64,000 bases of DNA from Heptranchias perlo (lineage: Eukaryota): NCBI RefSeq assembly GCF_035084215.1, contig NC_090365.1, forward strand, positions 9,176,001 to 9,240,000, read 5' to 3'. The notes beneath the pieces were generated by a model, which saw only the letters and a program-made list of their open reading frames with translations, did no database searches and had not been told where the DNA came from. Below are positions 24,602 through 35,864 of the stretch, one piece after another; the stretch's first letter is position 1, and each line of letters opens with the position of its first letter. Position numbers and translations under genes: made by a program.

Positions 24602-25110
24602 GTTTTTTTTCAAAAAATATACTTTATTCATAAAATTTGCAGCAAAACATCCAATACAGTTGTCATATCACATTCCAAACGTACACAATACAGATTATAC
24701 AATTTGCAGGTTACATCAAGTACAGTTCAATGAACACATTGTACATAATTACAGTTCATGACACTCTGGGATGTCTCATTGCATTATACTCAATACAGAT
24801 TATTGATTACAGATTCATTACAGTTACATTACAGCAATTTGAATTTTACATTCTGCCCGGGGGGGTTTTTCCTTGATAGCAGCCCCTCGGTTTACAATGG
24901 CGGGAAGGCTCTAAACGGTTGCCTTTCCCCACAGAGCCTTTGCGGCGGCTGCACCCAGCCTCAGTGCGTCCCTGAGCACATATTCCTGGACCTTGGAATG
25001 TGCCAGTCTGCAACACTCGGTCGAGGACAGCTCCGTGCACTGGAAGACCAGCAGGTTTCGGGCAGCAAAGGGCGTCTTTCACCGAGTTAATGGTCTTCCA
25101 GCAGCAGTTA
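24602..25110 (-). mobile_element. L1/Tx1-like LINE 3' end with poly(A) remnant
   Basis: ORF2 C-terminus, 3' UTR, AATAAA and A tail on the minus strand. The same 3' UTR occurs on the plus strand at about 49295-49590. Confidence 0.7.
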
Positions 25111-25644
25111 CATCGATTGTTTGAGACCCATGTCTTAGTGAGCACTGCCTTAACCGAGTACTGACCAGGGTCAAACCTGGGATCTTCCTCATTCCCTTCA
25201 TGACCCTCCTTCTTCTGCCACATTCCTGGAAGCCTTCTCCACTTTGCCGGATTGTCTATGCTTCCCTCCCCTCTGCTGTGCTCTAACCATTCACACATAC
25301 TCTGGACCCATCTTTTGTTTCTCCAATTTCTCTCATTTTGTCTGGCACTATAATCACTTCTGTCATTTAATCATCTCCTGCCCTCCACCCAATCATAGAC
25401 CTCTCCTTTTTTTTGCTTTTTCTGCCCCCCTTTTCTCCTTGGCTCGACACCTTGTGGAAATGCATGAAGGGATACTTGACCATATTAACTCTTTATTAAC
25501 TCACATAATAGGTTAGCTACAGCACACAGAGAAGCACAATTGTGTAATTACGTTTAAGCCTTGGTATGTTGATAATTAAGTTAGCTGAGCAGGTGTTCAG
25601 AACCTCTGGCCCCTCTAGCAGATAAGGGTATTGCTGACTACAAT

Positions 25645-26193
25645 GAGGGTTCCCTCCCAGTCAGGGAACACTTTAGCAGTCAAGGACATTCAGCCACCGA
25701 TCTTCGGGTAAGCGTTCTCCAAGGCGGCCTTCAAGACACACGACAACGCAAAATCGTCGAGCAGAAATTGATAGCCAAGTTCCGCACCCATGAGGACGGC
25801 CTCAACCGGGATCTTGGGTTCATGTCACGCTACACGTAACCCCACCAGCAAGGGGAAAAAAAAGTTATCTGTTTTTAATATTCTCTCTCTCTCTCTGCCA
25901 TTTGTGTCTCTTTCTCTCTGTCTGTCTAATTTGACACAATGTATATTCAGTGTACTGGGACGTACTGTTCTCCGTGGCTAATCTGTTTGAACACCAATGA
26001 CACCTTTTGATTGGTGTGATGGTGTCCCAGCCTAATATGATATGCGATTTGAGAACCTTTCACTCATTCACCTGACGAAGGGGATAATCTCCGAAAGCTT
26101 GTGATTTTAAAATAAATTTGTTGGACTATAACCTGGTGTTGTAAGATTCCTTACATTTGTCCACCCCAGTCCATCACCGGCATCTCCACATCA
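25645..26193 (+). mobile_element. 5'-truncated Penelope-like element with GIY-YIG C-terminus and hammerhead motif (about 26066-26104)
   Basis: Homologous to 20635-21153. Contains attcac-CTGACGA-...-GAAA-gctt-gtga and the complete terminus. Confidence 0.82.
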
Positions 26194-26844
26194 TTACAAA
26201 AATATAATGAGAATACAGTTTCTTGAAAGGCCATGTGGCCTTGAGACTGACTTCAGTCCAACTGATAACCAGGACAGAAATGTGGGGAGGATGGGAATGC
26301 TCAGGCCAGGTGCCAAAGTAATAAAGGGCTATGGACATTCGGCGGGTCAGGCTCACTACTTGATTGACCAACTACCTGAGCCAATAAAGAATGTATGTGT
26401 ACGCCCATATTCTGTGACAGGTGGGCGTTGTTACTGAGCTGTATAAACGTGAGCTGTTTCTTGAACTCAGCGAAGATGTCTTGAGGTGCTCTTCCACTTG
26501 TACAAGTAAAATAATAAATTCTCACTTGTTCTACTTGGTTTTGAGTGTTAATGCATTGTATAGAATAAGTAATATTAAGTTTCGACAACCTGCTTATAAG
26601 CTGTTCATCCTCCACTTCTGATGAAAGGCCATCGACCTGAAACGTTAACCCTACCTCCCTTTCTCCACGGAGCCTGCCTGTCATGTTAAATGTTTCCAGC
26701 ATTTTCTGTTTTTTATTTTACCTTCTTCGTGTCTCTGGTTCTAATCCACTGAGCAGGGCATTTACCCAACTGGGCATCACGTTTACTCACTGAGTTACTG
26801 GGGTCTCAGACTAAAATATATTTAAGAGGTCTTTTTACACATCA

Positions 26845-27178
26845 GGAACTCGCCAAGGCTTCTTCGAAACACCCCACAAACCTGCGACCTCTACCACCTA
26901 GAAGGACAAGGGCAGCAGGTTCATGGGAACACCATCACCTCCAAGTTCCCCTCCGAATCACACACTATCCTGACTTGGACATGTATCACCATTCCTTCAT
27001 TGTCACTGGATCAAAATCCTGGGACTCCCTATCTGACAGCATTGTGGAAGCACCTTCACCACACGGACTGCAGTGGTTCAAGAAGGAGGCCCATCACCGC
27101 CTCTCAAGGGACAACTAGAGATGGGCAATAAATGCCGCCCTTGCCAGCGATGCCCGTATCCCAAGAATTGATTTTTTA
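26845..27178 (+). mobile_element. LINE 3' fragment, same family as 1-392
   Basis: Direct homology. Confidence 0.65.
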
Positions 27179-27719
27179 AAAAGCACAGTGGTGTAATCAG
27201 CCCAGTGAGTTTTGTTACTGGGTCTGTGGTGAGAATGAAACTGTTTAACACAAATAACCACAGGTTTGATGTTTGTTACGCTGAATGTGCAATAGCGATT
27301 CCCAACTTAGGACAATAAAGATAAGGGCACCTATTGCAGGGAAACAGGGCACTTGTGCACAAACAAGCAGTTTGCAGTCACAAGTGTAAAGGGAGTAAAG
27401 GTTAGGCCATGCAGTTTGCTGAGACTCAGGTACAGAAAGGGTATTAATTATCAGAGCTGCTGATTTCTAATTTTCAATTGTGCAATTCGTCCCTAAAGCA
27501 CTGGTAAATAATGTAATAAAAATAAAATTTATCCTATGCAGTCATTACAAATCAATGATTCTGATCAGAGGGCTTGGAACCCTCAATGCTTGGCGAAACA
27601 TTATATAATTGACACAAAAATGCTACTGGTAAAAGCATTAATAAGCATCTATTTACATAATAGAGAGATCACCAGAAAACGAATGAATACAATGTGAGCT
27701 CCCCACATTCTACACCCTT

Positions 27720-28607
27720 CTATACAGCACCTTTTCAAGTTTCAGAGAAATTCACAGCAGCCAATTAGTGTACAATCAACATATAACTGAATGAGCAGTT
27801 AATCAGTTTTTGGGGGAATGTTGGCCAGGGCTCTTGGAGAATTCCCTATCTCTTCAAATAGTGTCACGGCATCTTTAAAATCCACCTGTACAGGCAGACG
27901 GAGCCCCAGTTTAACGTGTTATCTGAAGGACGGCTCCTCTAACAATGCAGCACCTCTTCAGTATTTCACTGAATTGTCCCCTTATGGTACGTGCTGAAGT
28001 CCCGGAGTGGATTTGAACCCGCTGACTCAGGGGGAAGAATGCTACCAACTGAGCCAAACTGACAGTTATACACCACAGATATAAACATTGCTGTACTGTG
28101 GCAGTCTGCAGGATCTGAATCTATTTATCCTGGGCCACCTCCACGATTTACTCAATGTGTGGTATTGGTTCAATTGTAGCATTTTCGCTTCTGAGTTAAA
28201 TTGTGGGTTCATGTCCCACTCCAGGAGTTTGAGCATATAATCTAAGTGGACACTCCCAGTGCAGTACTGAGGGAGTGCTGCACGGTCGGAGGTGCCGTCT
28301 TTCAGATGAGACGTTAAACCGAGCTCCCGTCTGGACGTGAAAGAGCCCATGGCACTATCTCGAAGAGGAGCAGGGGAGTTCTCCCTGGTGTCCTGGCCAA
28401 CATTTATCCCTCAACCAACATCACTAAAACAGATTTTATAGTTATTTATCTCATTGCTGTTTGTGGGAGCTTGCTGTGTGCAAATTGGCTGCCCCGTTTC
28501 CTACATTACAACAGTGACTGCACTTCAAAAAGAACTTCATTGGCTTTAAAGCACTTTGGGACATCCTGAGGTCATGAAAGGCACTATATAAATGCAAGTC
28601 TTTCTTT
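27720..28607. mobile_element. Two head-to-head Deu-domain SINEs (minus about 27720-28057, plus about 28170-28607)
   Basis: Homology to the SINE at 14575 in both orientations. Confidence 0.7.
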
Positions 28608-30021
28608 TATAGCAGTGGAACTGACACAACACCTTGTGCTTTGGAGTCACCTTGTGTAATGTCACCCCTTACAGGTACAAGATGCACAGTGAGTGCTCTG
28701 TTGCTGCCTGAAAGAACCCTAACCGTGCTGCTTTGAGAAACTCCAAATGGAGCACACACCCCTCCCAACATGGGAGGGAAAATCACTGCCATGCACCCTT
28801 GGTAGCTGACTGAAGAGTCAAATTGTGAGATGCCTGGGGTGTAGGTCCACCTTCTTGTCTGCAGGAGACATTGCCCTGTTGGCAAGGAGTAATGGAGAAT
28901 TGATAGCCTTACAGTAAACAGCTTTACAACAGGGTGTGGTGCAAATCCTTCAGCCCAGCATACCAATCAACTTTCTCCTTACCTCTGGCTATGGCACCCT
29001 CCCATCTCCTGAGATCAGTGACACTTGCTGGGGTATGGCTTCATAACACCCCTCAGTCTTCATACGTGAACCTAGACAGTGAGGGTCGGCAAATCTCACC
29101 TCCATTTTATAAACAATCCCTTTTAAATTCTTAAACACTCAGTTGGTCCAGCTCCATTTCAACTGTTGATCTGAGATGTAGACTAACATGGAGTCTCAAG
29201 CAGAAGAGGTGCATGAAAGCTGCCGGCTTTGTTGTAAAAACCCAAATAGCTAATGCCCTTCATTGAAGGGATCCTGCCACCCTGGCTCGTGACCATTCCC
29301 ACTTTACGTGATCAACTCAATGCCCTCTGACGTGGCCTTGGAAGGGATGGGCAATATATGCAATATTGCCAGTCTGACCCACATCCTGTGAGCAAATTAA
29401 TGGGAAAAAATAATCAACTCCTGGATCATACATCCATAAAGCCAATGGATGCTGCTACTCCAGTTTCCTGAGCCAATCAGCACCGTTTAGTGCCCTATCT
29501 CCACCTGGTGATCATCCTCGTGTATGAGATCAGTCAGTAAGTATAGACAGGCTGTTCCGCCACAAGCGGGCACCACATCCTAGTCTGACCCTGTCCTCAC
29601 CCCATCGTCCATACATTCAGTGGGAGGGGGGCGTCACTGGAGAGGGATCGGGAGCCGGAACGTTGGGTTTGTTTGCCCATTCCCTAGTGTGCCACCCTGA
29701 CCGTGATCAGCGCGGGCGATACAGAATGTGGATGGAGCCTGGTACCCCCCTCTGTCCCTTTCCGCATCGGCTGGCGCATTGAGAGGATTGGATTCCGCAC
29801 TTATTCGCCATTGGAGACGATGTCTTTCCAGGAGTTTGCCAGCCGGAGCTGCAGGTAGTGCACTGGGAGTGCCAGCCTAGATTTTATGCTCAAGGAGTGG
29901 GACTTGGACCCACAACCTTCTGACTCAGAGGCCAGACTGCTACCCCACTGAGCCAAGACTGACACCTTGACACAATAATAAGCAGCCACAAACGCCGGGC
30001 ATCAGTAGAAATCGGCTGGGT

Positions 30022-30375
30022 TTAATTTATAGGGGGCTGGCACGCCCCGCCCCCCTGTAGCTTCTGGATCATTCGCTCCAGGAGGCACCGGTTGGGCCCC
30101 TTGAACTGGAAGACCTTGGAGCCGGTCTTGTAGAACTGGAAGGTGGGGAACCACTGGATGCAGCAGCGCTGCACCACGTCCTGGGCCACGTTCACGTCCA
30201 CCTCGTAGAAGGCCACGGCCGGGTAGCGCTCGGCGAACTGGTCGAAGTACAGCTGGATCATCTGGCAGAACTCGCACCAGTTGGCGGAGAAGAGCAGGAC
30301 GACCAGTTGCTCGTCGCTGTCCCGCAGCGCCGCCTCGTACTCCGCCACGCAGCTGATGGTGGTCACCGCCCCCAT
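30022..30375 (-). CDS. Thioredoxin-like protein 4 of the cluster, WCEFC motif, cysteine-rich; single exon
   Basis: The first ATG (aggATGg) at 30375 gives 117 aa; the ORF-track start at 30429 is a GTG. Sequence QLVVLLFSANWCEFC...EVDVN...FPTFQFYK.G.KV..F.G.N. ATTAAA overlaps the stop codon. Confidence 0.9.
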   Translation of the reverse strand: MGAVTTISCVAEYEAALRDSDEQLVVLLFSANWCEFCQMIQLYFDQFAERYPAVAFYEVDVNVAQDVVQRCCIQWFPTFQFYKTGSKVFQFKGPNRCLLERMIQKLQGGGACQPPIN

Positions 30376-31745
30376 CCTTCGCCCCGCCTGCTCGGCACAA
30401 GCCGGCCAGCAGGCCGCGGCCCCGCCCACCCCGTGACGTCAAGCGACGTGACACAGGGAGCCCTTGCCCGCGACGCCATTGGTTGGCCGACACACGTGGG
30501 AGGAGGGGGGGTCCCCTATCCGCCAATCAGAATGGACCTTTTCAGTATCTTAGCAACCGAGTTAAAAATAAAAAAATGGCGTTCTGAACGTCGATTTGTT
30601 AAATTGGACGATGCAAAGCGCCGCTGGTGATTAATTCGAACATTAATTATGGAAGATTAATTAGGAGACTCCTCATAACATGTTTGATTTGTGAGCGGTT
30701 GCCTCAATTCGGATTTCAAAAGAAATGTTCGGTTGCCACCAAAGCACGCTTGTGATTGGTCGCCGCGGCTGTCAATCACGGGGTCACGCCTCGATTTTAA
30801 TGATCGGCAGCCCAGCCAACCAATCGGAGCCGAGGCCGGGAGTCCCGCGTTCCAATTGGGCCACAAACGCCGATGAGGAGCCAGTGACAGCGGCGAGGGG
30901 GCGGGTGCTTCCGCTCGGCGAGTCTTGATTGCCGGAGCGCGGCGGCTGGGGGGGGGGGGGGAAGGAAGAAAAAAAAACAACATGAAGAATTCGGCGGGGA
31001 GTGGATGGGTCATGGCGGCCGGGGGTCGGTGAGGAGGGAAAGCGGCGGAGCCGGTGATGTTCGGGGCCCTGTAATTCCTCCGGGGGGGAAAAAAATCGCT
31101 TTCCAAGTGACTCAGCAGGTAGCGGCCCCGGGGAGCCGGGCTTCTATATATTTTTTTCCCTCCCCCGGCTTCAGTTCGTGGGGCGCCTCGGCCGCCCGTT
31201 TAAACGGCCGCTTCCGAGATCCCGATTTTCACCCGGGAGGAGGAGGAGGGGGGGGGGGTTGAGAGGCAGGCGGCCTGCAGCCCGGCGGCGGGCGGGTAGG
31301 TGTTCTCCCCCCCCCGGGCGGAGTATATGCTCCCCCCCCGGGCGGAGTATATGCCGAGGTGTGAGGGCGAGAGCCCCTCCGGTAGTTGGGGGCGGGAGGA
31401 GGAGGGAGAGAGTGAGTGGGGTGGGGGGAGGAGAGCGCCGGCCGCTCCGCCGCTCAAACTGCGCATGCGCCTCCTGCAGTGCAGTCTGGGAGTTGTAGTT
31501 CTGTCGGGGCTTCTTAATTTGAAAAGTTTGGGGGGGTGGGAAATACTCTGGAAATTTTCGAAGCGGCCGGCCTCTCCCGCAGAATCTAGGGTGCCGGACG
31601 GCCACCCGCCCACAGCTCTTGGGTACGAAAAGGATGAGGAGGCGGAGAAGAAAGTCTTGAGGACTTCAACTCCCAGAATTCATTGCGCGGCGGCTAGGTT
31701 TCGAACGGGAGGGTCGCGGCGCCGGACTGCGCACGCGCTGTGGGG
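30376..31745. promoter_or_regulatory. Bidirectional CpG island serving Trx-like gene 4 (minus) and the SERTA gene (plus)
   Basis: Perfect CRE TGACGTCA at 30434-30441, many CCAAT boxes, NRF1 site TGCGCATGCGC at 31460-31470, ZNF143 ACTACAnnTCCCA motifs at 31481-31500 (minus) and about 31663-31687, and a candidate splice donor CAG|GTAGCG at 31118/31119. Confidence 0.75.
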
Positions 31746-32010
31746 GGAGGGGGAGAGGAGGAGTATTGCAGGCGTGGGGGGGGGAGAGGAGGAGTATTGC
31801 AGGCGGGGGGGGGGGGGGAGAGGAGTAGTATTGCAGGCGGGGGGGGGGGGGAGAGGAGGAGTATTGCAGGCGGGGGGGGGGGGAGAGGAGGAGTATTGCA
31901 GGCGGGGGGGGGGGGGGGGGGAGAGGAGGAGTATTGCAGGCGGTGGGGGGGGGGGGGGGGAGAGGAGGAGTATTGCAGGCGGGGGGGGAGAGGAGGAGTA
32001 TTGCAGGCAG
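31745..32010 (+). repeat. G-rich tandem repeat: 8 copies of gagaggaggagtattgcaggc followed by a G-run
   Basis: The core tattgcagg recurs eight times, separated by G tracts of variable length. Confidence 0.9.
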
Positions 32011-35000
32011 GGACGTGCATCGTAGGTTGTGGGGGGCGGCGGACGTGCATTGGAGGCTGGACGGGGAAGAGTGTATGACCTGCTGGGGGATGGGAGGTAA
32101 AGGGGACTAGATGAGGTGGGGTTTACGTCTCCCGTTCAAACCCCTCCAGGGACCCTGGCCGCCCTCTGTATCTCTGTAACCCCCCCCCCCCCCCCCCCAG
32201 CCCTGAGCTAGAGCTGGGTCGATTTAATGCAAATTCTCCAAAAATGTTGAGTGGGAAAAATGCCTGAATTTCTCTCTCTCAGCCCCCCCCAACCGACTGA
32301 GGGATGGCCCTGGGGGGTTGGTCCAGTGAGTATTTGAGCCATACAGAAAGTCCTGACAACACCTTGCATTTATAGAGCGTTTCTAACATGAATACAATTC
32401 AAAGTGCTTCAGAGGAGCGGATCCTGAGCCCATTTATGGGCAGGGGTGTTAATGTACGTGACTGTACGCATGGTGGAACAGATGGGTTTTCAGAAACCTT
32501 TTGGGAGGAGGAGGGTTTTAAGGCCAGTTCCCAGGAGTAAAGCAAGGCAGCTGAACCTCTGCCATCGAAGCTAGCAGTTGGAAGGGGGATGCACAGTAGG
32601 CCATTGTCAGAAAACCGATGGGCTACAAAGCTATGGGTGTTTAAGTGCAGCAAAGTGAAGAAACAATTTGAGAGGTGGGGGTAGGATATTAAATTTCATG
32701 CATGGGGAGCCAGTGTAGAGTAGTGTAGACAGGGGATGTTGAGTGAGTGGGGCAGGATATGGGCAGTAGAGTTTTGAACATATTGGAGTTTGTGACGTGA
32801 CGCCAGCATTCGAGAATTCAAGTCTCGAGATAAAGAATGCATAGGTAAGGGTTTTAATGGGTGGTTAGGTAGGGGTGGAAGTAGGTGATCTGTAGAGATG
32901 GTGGTAAACTTTCTTGGCGATGGGTAGGGACGAGATTTGAAACTCATCAAAAAGGCAGGTATGATTGCACACACAGTCGGGTTTAGCCTGACCAAGCCGT
33001 TAGAAGGGGGCTGGAGTCGGTAGCGACGGAGCGGAGTTTATGGTGAGGGGTTGAAAATGACAGTTCTGGTCTTCAGTGCTGCAGTTTTAGAGGTGCTGTT
33101 GTTTGTGGGATCTTGCTGTGTGCAGTTTGGTTGCCACGTTTTCAACATCACAGCAGTGACTACACTTCGAAAGTACTTAATTGGCTGCAAAATGCTATGG
33201 GACACCCTGAGGTTGTGAAAGGCACTGTATCAGTGCATGTCCTTGCTTTCCCAATATTCATGTGGGACAAATTGTAGCTGTTGTCAGCACGTGTGTGGCA
33301 GCGTGTAGATGAGCAAGAGGAGGGGGACAAGAATTGTCTTTGGAAAGCCATAGAGTTGAATATGTTGGGGCGGGAGGAGGAAAAACCTTTGCTCGGGAGG
33401 CGTTGGCTGTGTTGGGATAGGCGGAAGTGATTTTAAGTGAGGCTGAAGTAACTTCAGGGTGACCTGTTTGAGTTTTTTATTCATTCTTGGGGTGTGGGCA
33501 CTCCTGGCGAGGCTGCCACTTATTGCCCATCTCTCGTAGTCCTGAGAAGGTAGCGGTGAGTCGTCTTTTTGAACCAGTGCAGCCCTTCTGAATTATTTGT
33601 AACATGTTTGATAAACTGAGTGGCTTGCTCGGCCACTTTAGAGGGGAGTTGAGAGCCAACCACTGCCTGAAGTCATATATGGGCCAGACCGCATAAGGAC
33701 ACCAAGTTTCCTTCCCTAAAGGACATCAGTGATCCACTTGGGTTTTTACAACAATCCGATAGCTTCGTCGTCACTTTTACTGAAGCCGGCTTTTTATTTC
33801 CAGATTTTTTTTTAAAGCTGAATTCAAATTCTTAAACTGCATGTGGGATTTGAACTCATGTTCTCCGGATTACTGGAACAAAGTCACCCTGGCAATGGCA
33901 GATTTGGGGACTGATAATTGAGCCAGGTCTGGAGTGCTTGGGGGCACTAATGGTGACCCATCAGTCGGACTCACTGATGGATCCTGGTGAGTAGACTTGT
34001 CACTGGGAGTTGGGTATTCCCACCGGACTTGAATACCCTTCAAGCCAATATCCTGATGGGTCGGGTGGTCTGTGTCGGGCAAGCAGCTGATGTTCCCAGT
34101 ACAGTGTAATTGTAAGCTGTGCAGTTTTAGCAGGTTAAACTCCAGTACAGTTCGGGGGAGAGGCAGTCACTGGACTTTACTCTCCTGCCAGCTTCTCCCT
34201 AAATAAATGGGATGTATACTCCACGTCGGGCAAATAAACTCTGGGTTTCTCCAACATGGTGATATGTTTCTGCATGTCAGACTCCCAACTAGCCTGGTTC
34301 CATTCCTACCTCTTGTGCTGAGTTAACGGATCTCATCAGCAGGGCATTGTCAGAATTTGTTTTCCACTTTGGAAAGGGGTACATCAGCCAAGCTCTCGGC
34401 TCCTGATTGCTTTCCAGTACTCCTAGAAGTGTGCATGTTTGGAGAGGGCATGTTGGAGCTCAGCTGTGGAGCTACTGCAGTTAGCAGTGGCTGTTGAGAA
34501 TACAACTGAATGAGAGAGTGCCAGTAATGAGCCAAAACTAAATACTATCAGAAAATATACCTGGAAATGGGGGTATACTCTGAATTAAACAAGTACACTG
34601 CCTACCCTCTTTTTTTCCCCCTCCACATAGGTTTAGTTTTTAATCGGCAGTCCCTCTGCATGCTATGCTGGCTCCTCGTTTAGAGCTTTGTGTTGCTGCA
34701 GAATCAATAGTACATTTGCTATCTGTTGTATCTAACGTGACCTTTACTCCTTTGGTAATAGTTGCTGATGGGGGAGGGGGAAACGGAGGAGTGCTCAGAC
34801 TCCAGGGCTTGTCTTCCTAGCCACTGTTGTTTCAATTTCTTGCTGCTTAACCCGGGCAAGGAAAGAAAAGCCTTGCCTCATCACATCTTTAGGATGTTTA
34901 GAAGCGCTTTACATTCTATTTTTGGACCACAGTTATTGTTGTTAAAAGCAGCAGTAAATGAACAGCCATTCATTTGTGGTGGTGGTTGAGGAAGGAATGT

Positions 35001-35274
35001 TGGCCAGGACATCAGGAGAACTCCTTCCTCCTCTTCAAGTCGTGCCCTAGTGTCTATTACGTGCACCTGAACGGAGCCTGTTTTTTTTTCTCTTTCTCGT
35101 GCATCCCCAGTCTCTTGAAGACCCCGGTCCATGCCCATGCTCTAGTACCTCACCCAGCTCCCCACTTGAGCCTAGAAATGAGGGTTGTCAGGCTATTTGA
35201 CTCTGGAGAGATTCACAGCCAAGCCTGATCATGTCCTCACCCGAACCCATCTGGATTTTTCAACTTGAGCAATT

Positions 35275-35527
35275 TGTCAAAGGAATCAGAGGGGAGATGT
35301 GGAGAAATGTTACGCAGCGAGTTATGATCTGGAATGCGCTGCCTGGAGGGGCGGTGGAAGCTGATTCAATAGTAACTTTCAAAAGGAAATTGGATATTTA
35401 CTTAAAGGAAAAATCTGCAGGGCTATGGGGAAAGAATAGGGGACTGGGACTAATTGAATAGCTCCTTCAAAGAGCCGGCACAGGCACGATGGGCTGAATG
35501 GCCGCCTTCTGTGCTGTATGATTCTAG
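35275..35527 (+). mobile_element. CR1 LINE 3' end fragment (intronic)
   Basis: Shared CR1 terminal motif. Confidence 0.7.
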
Positions 35528-35864
35528 GTGATTGGAGATCAATCAGGACCAGGAACCCTGGCTGACTAAATTTCCTCCTCCATCCCTAGCCTAAGAACTA
35601 GAAGGATATGCTAATCGTGTTAGATGCAAAGGAGTGGGAGGAAGCTCGTGTGGAGCATAAACGCCAGCATAGTCCAGTCGGGCCGAATATCCTGTTTCGG
35701 TGCTGTAACTTAACTAGAAACTCTTCTACTGCCCAACCAAGGTAGGCTAGTATTGGCACAGATTGGGGATTGTGCCTATTGCCTTCTGTTCTGTGCGGCT
35801 CAGTACCACAGCGCGCTCTGCGTCTACGCCGTATTAAAAGTTCTCCTTTATCTTGCAGGTCTCA

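Noticed and set aside
31171-32078. Gly/Pro/Arg-rich ORFs of up to 241 aa
   Set aside because: Products of the CpG island and G-rich tandem repeat; repeat units are not a constant multiple of three.
35853-35864. ORF-track start of the SERTA gene
   Set aside because: It is a TTG inside the splice acceptor; the family-typical start is the ATG at 35865.
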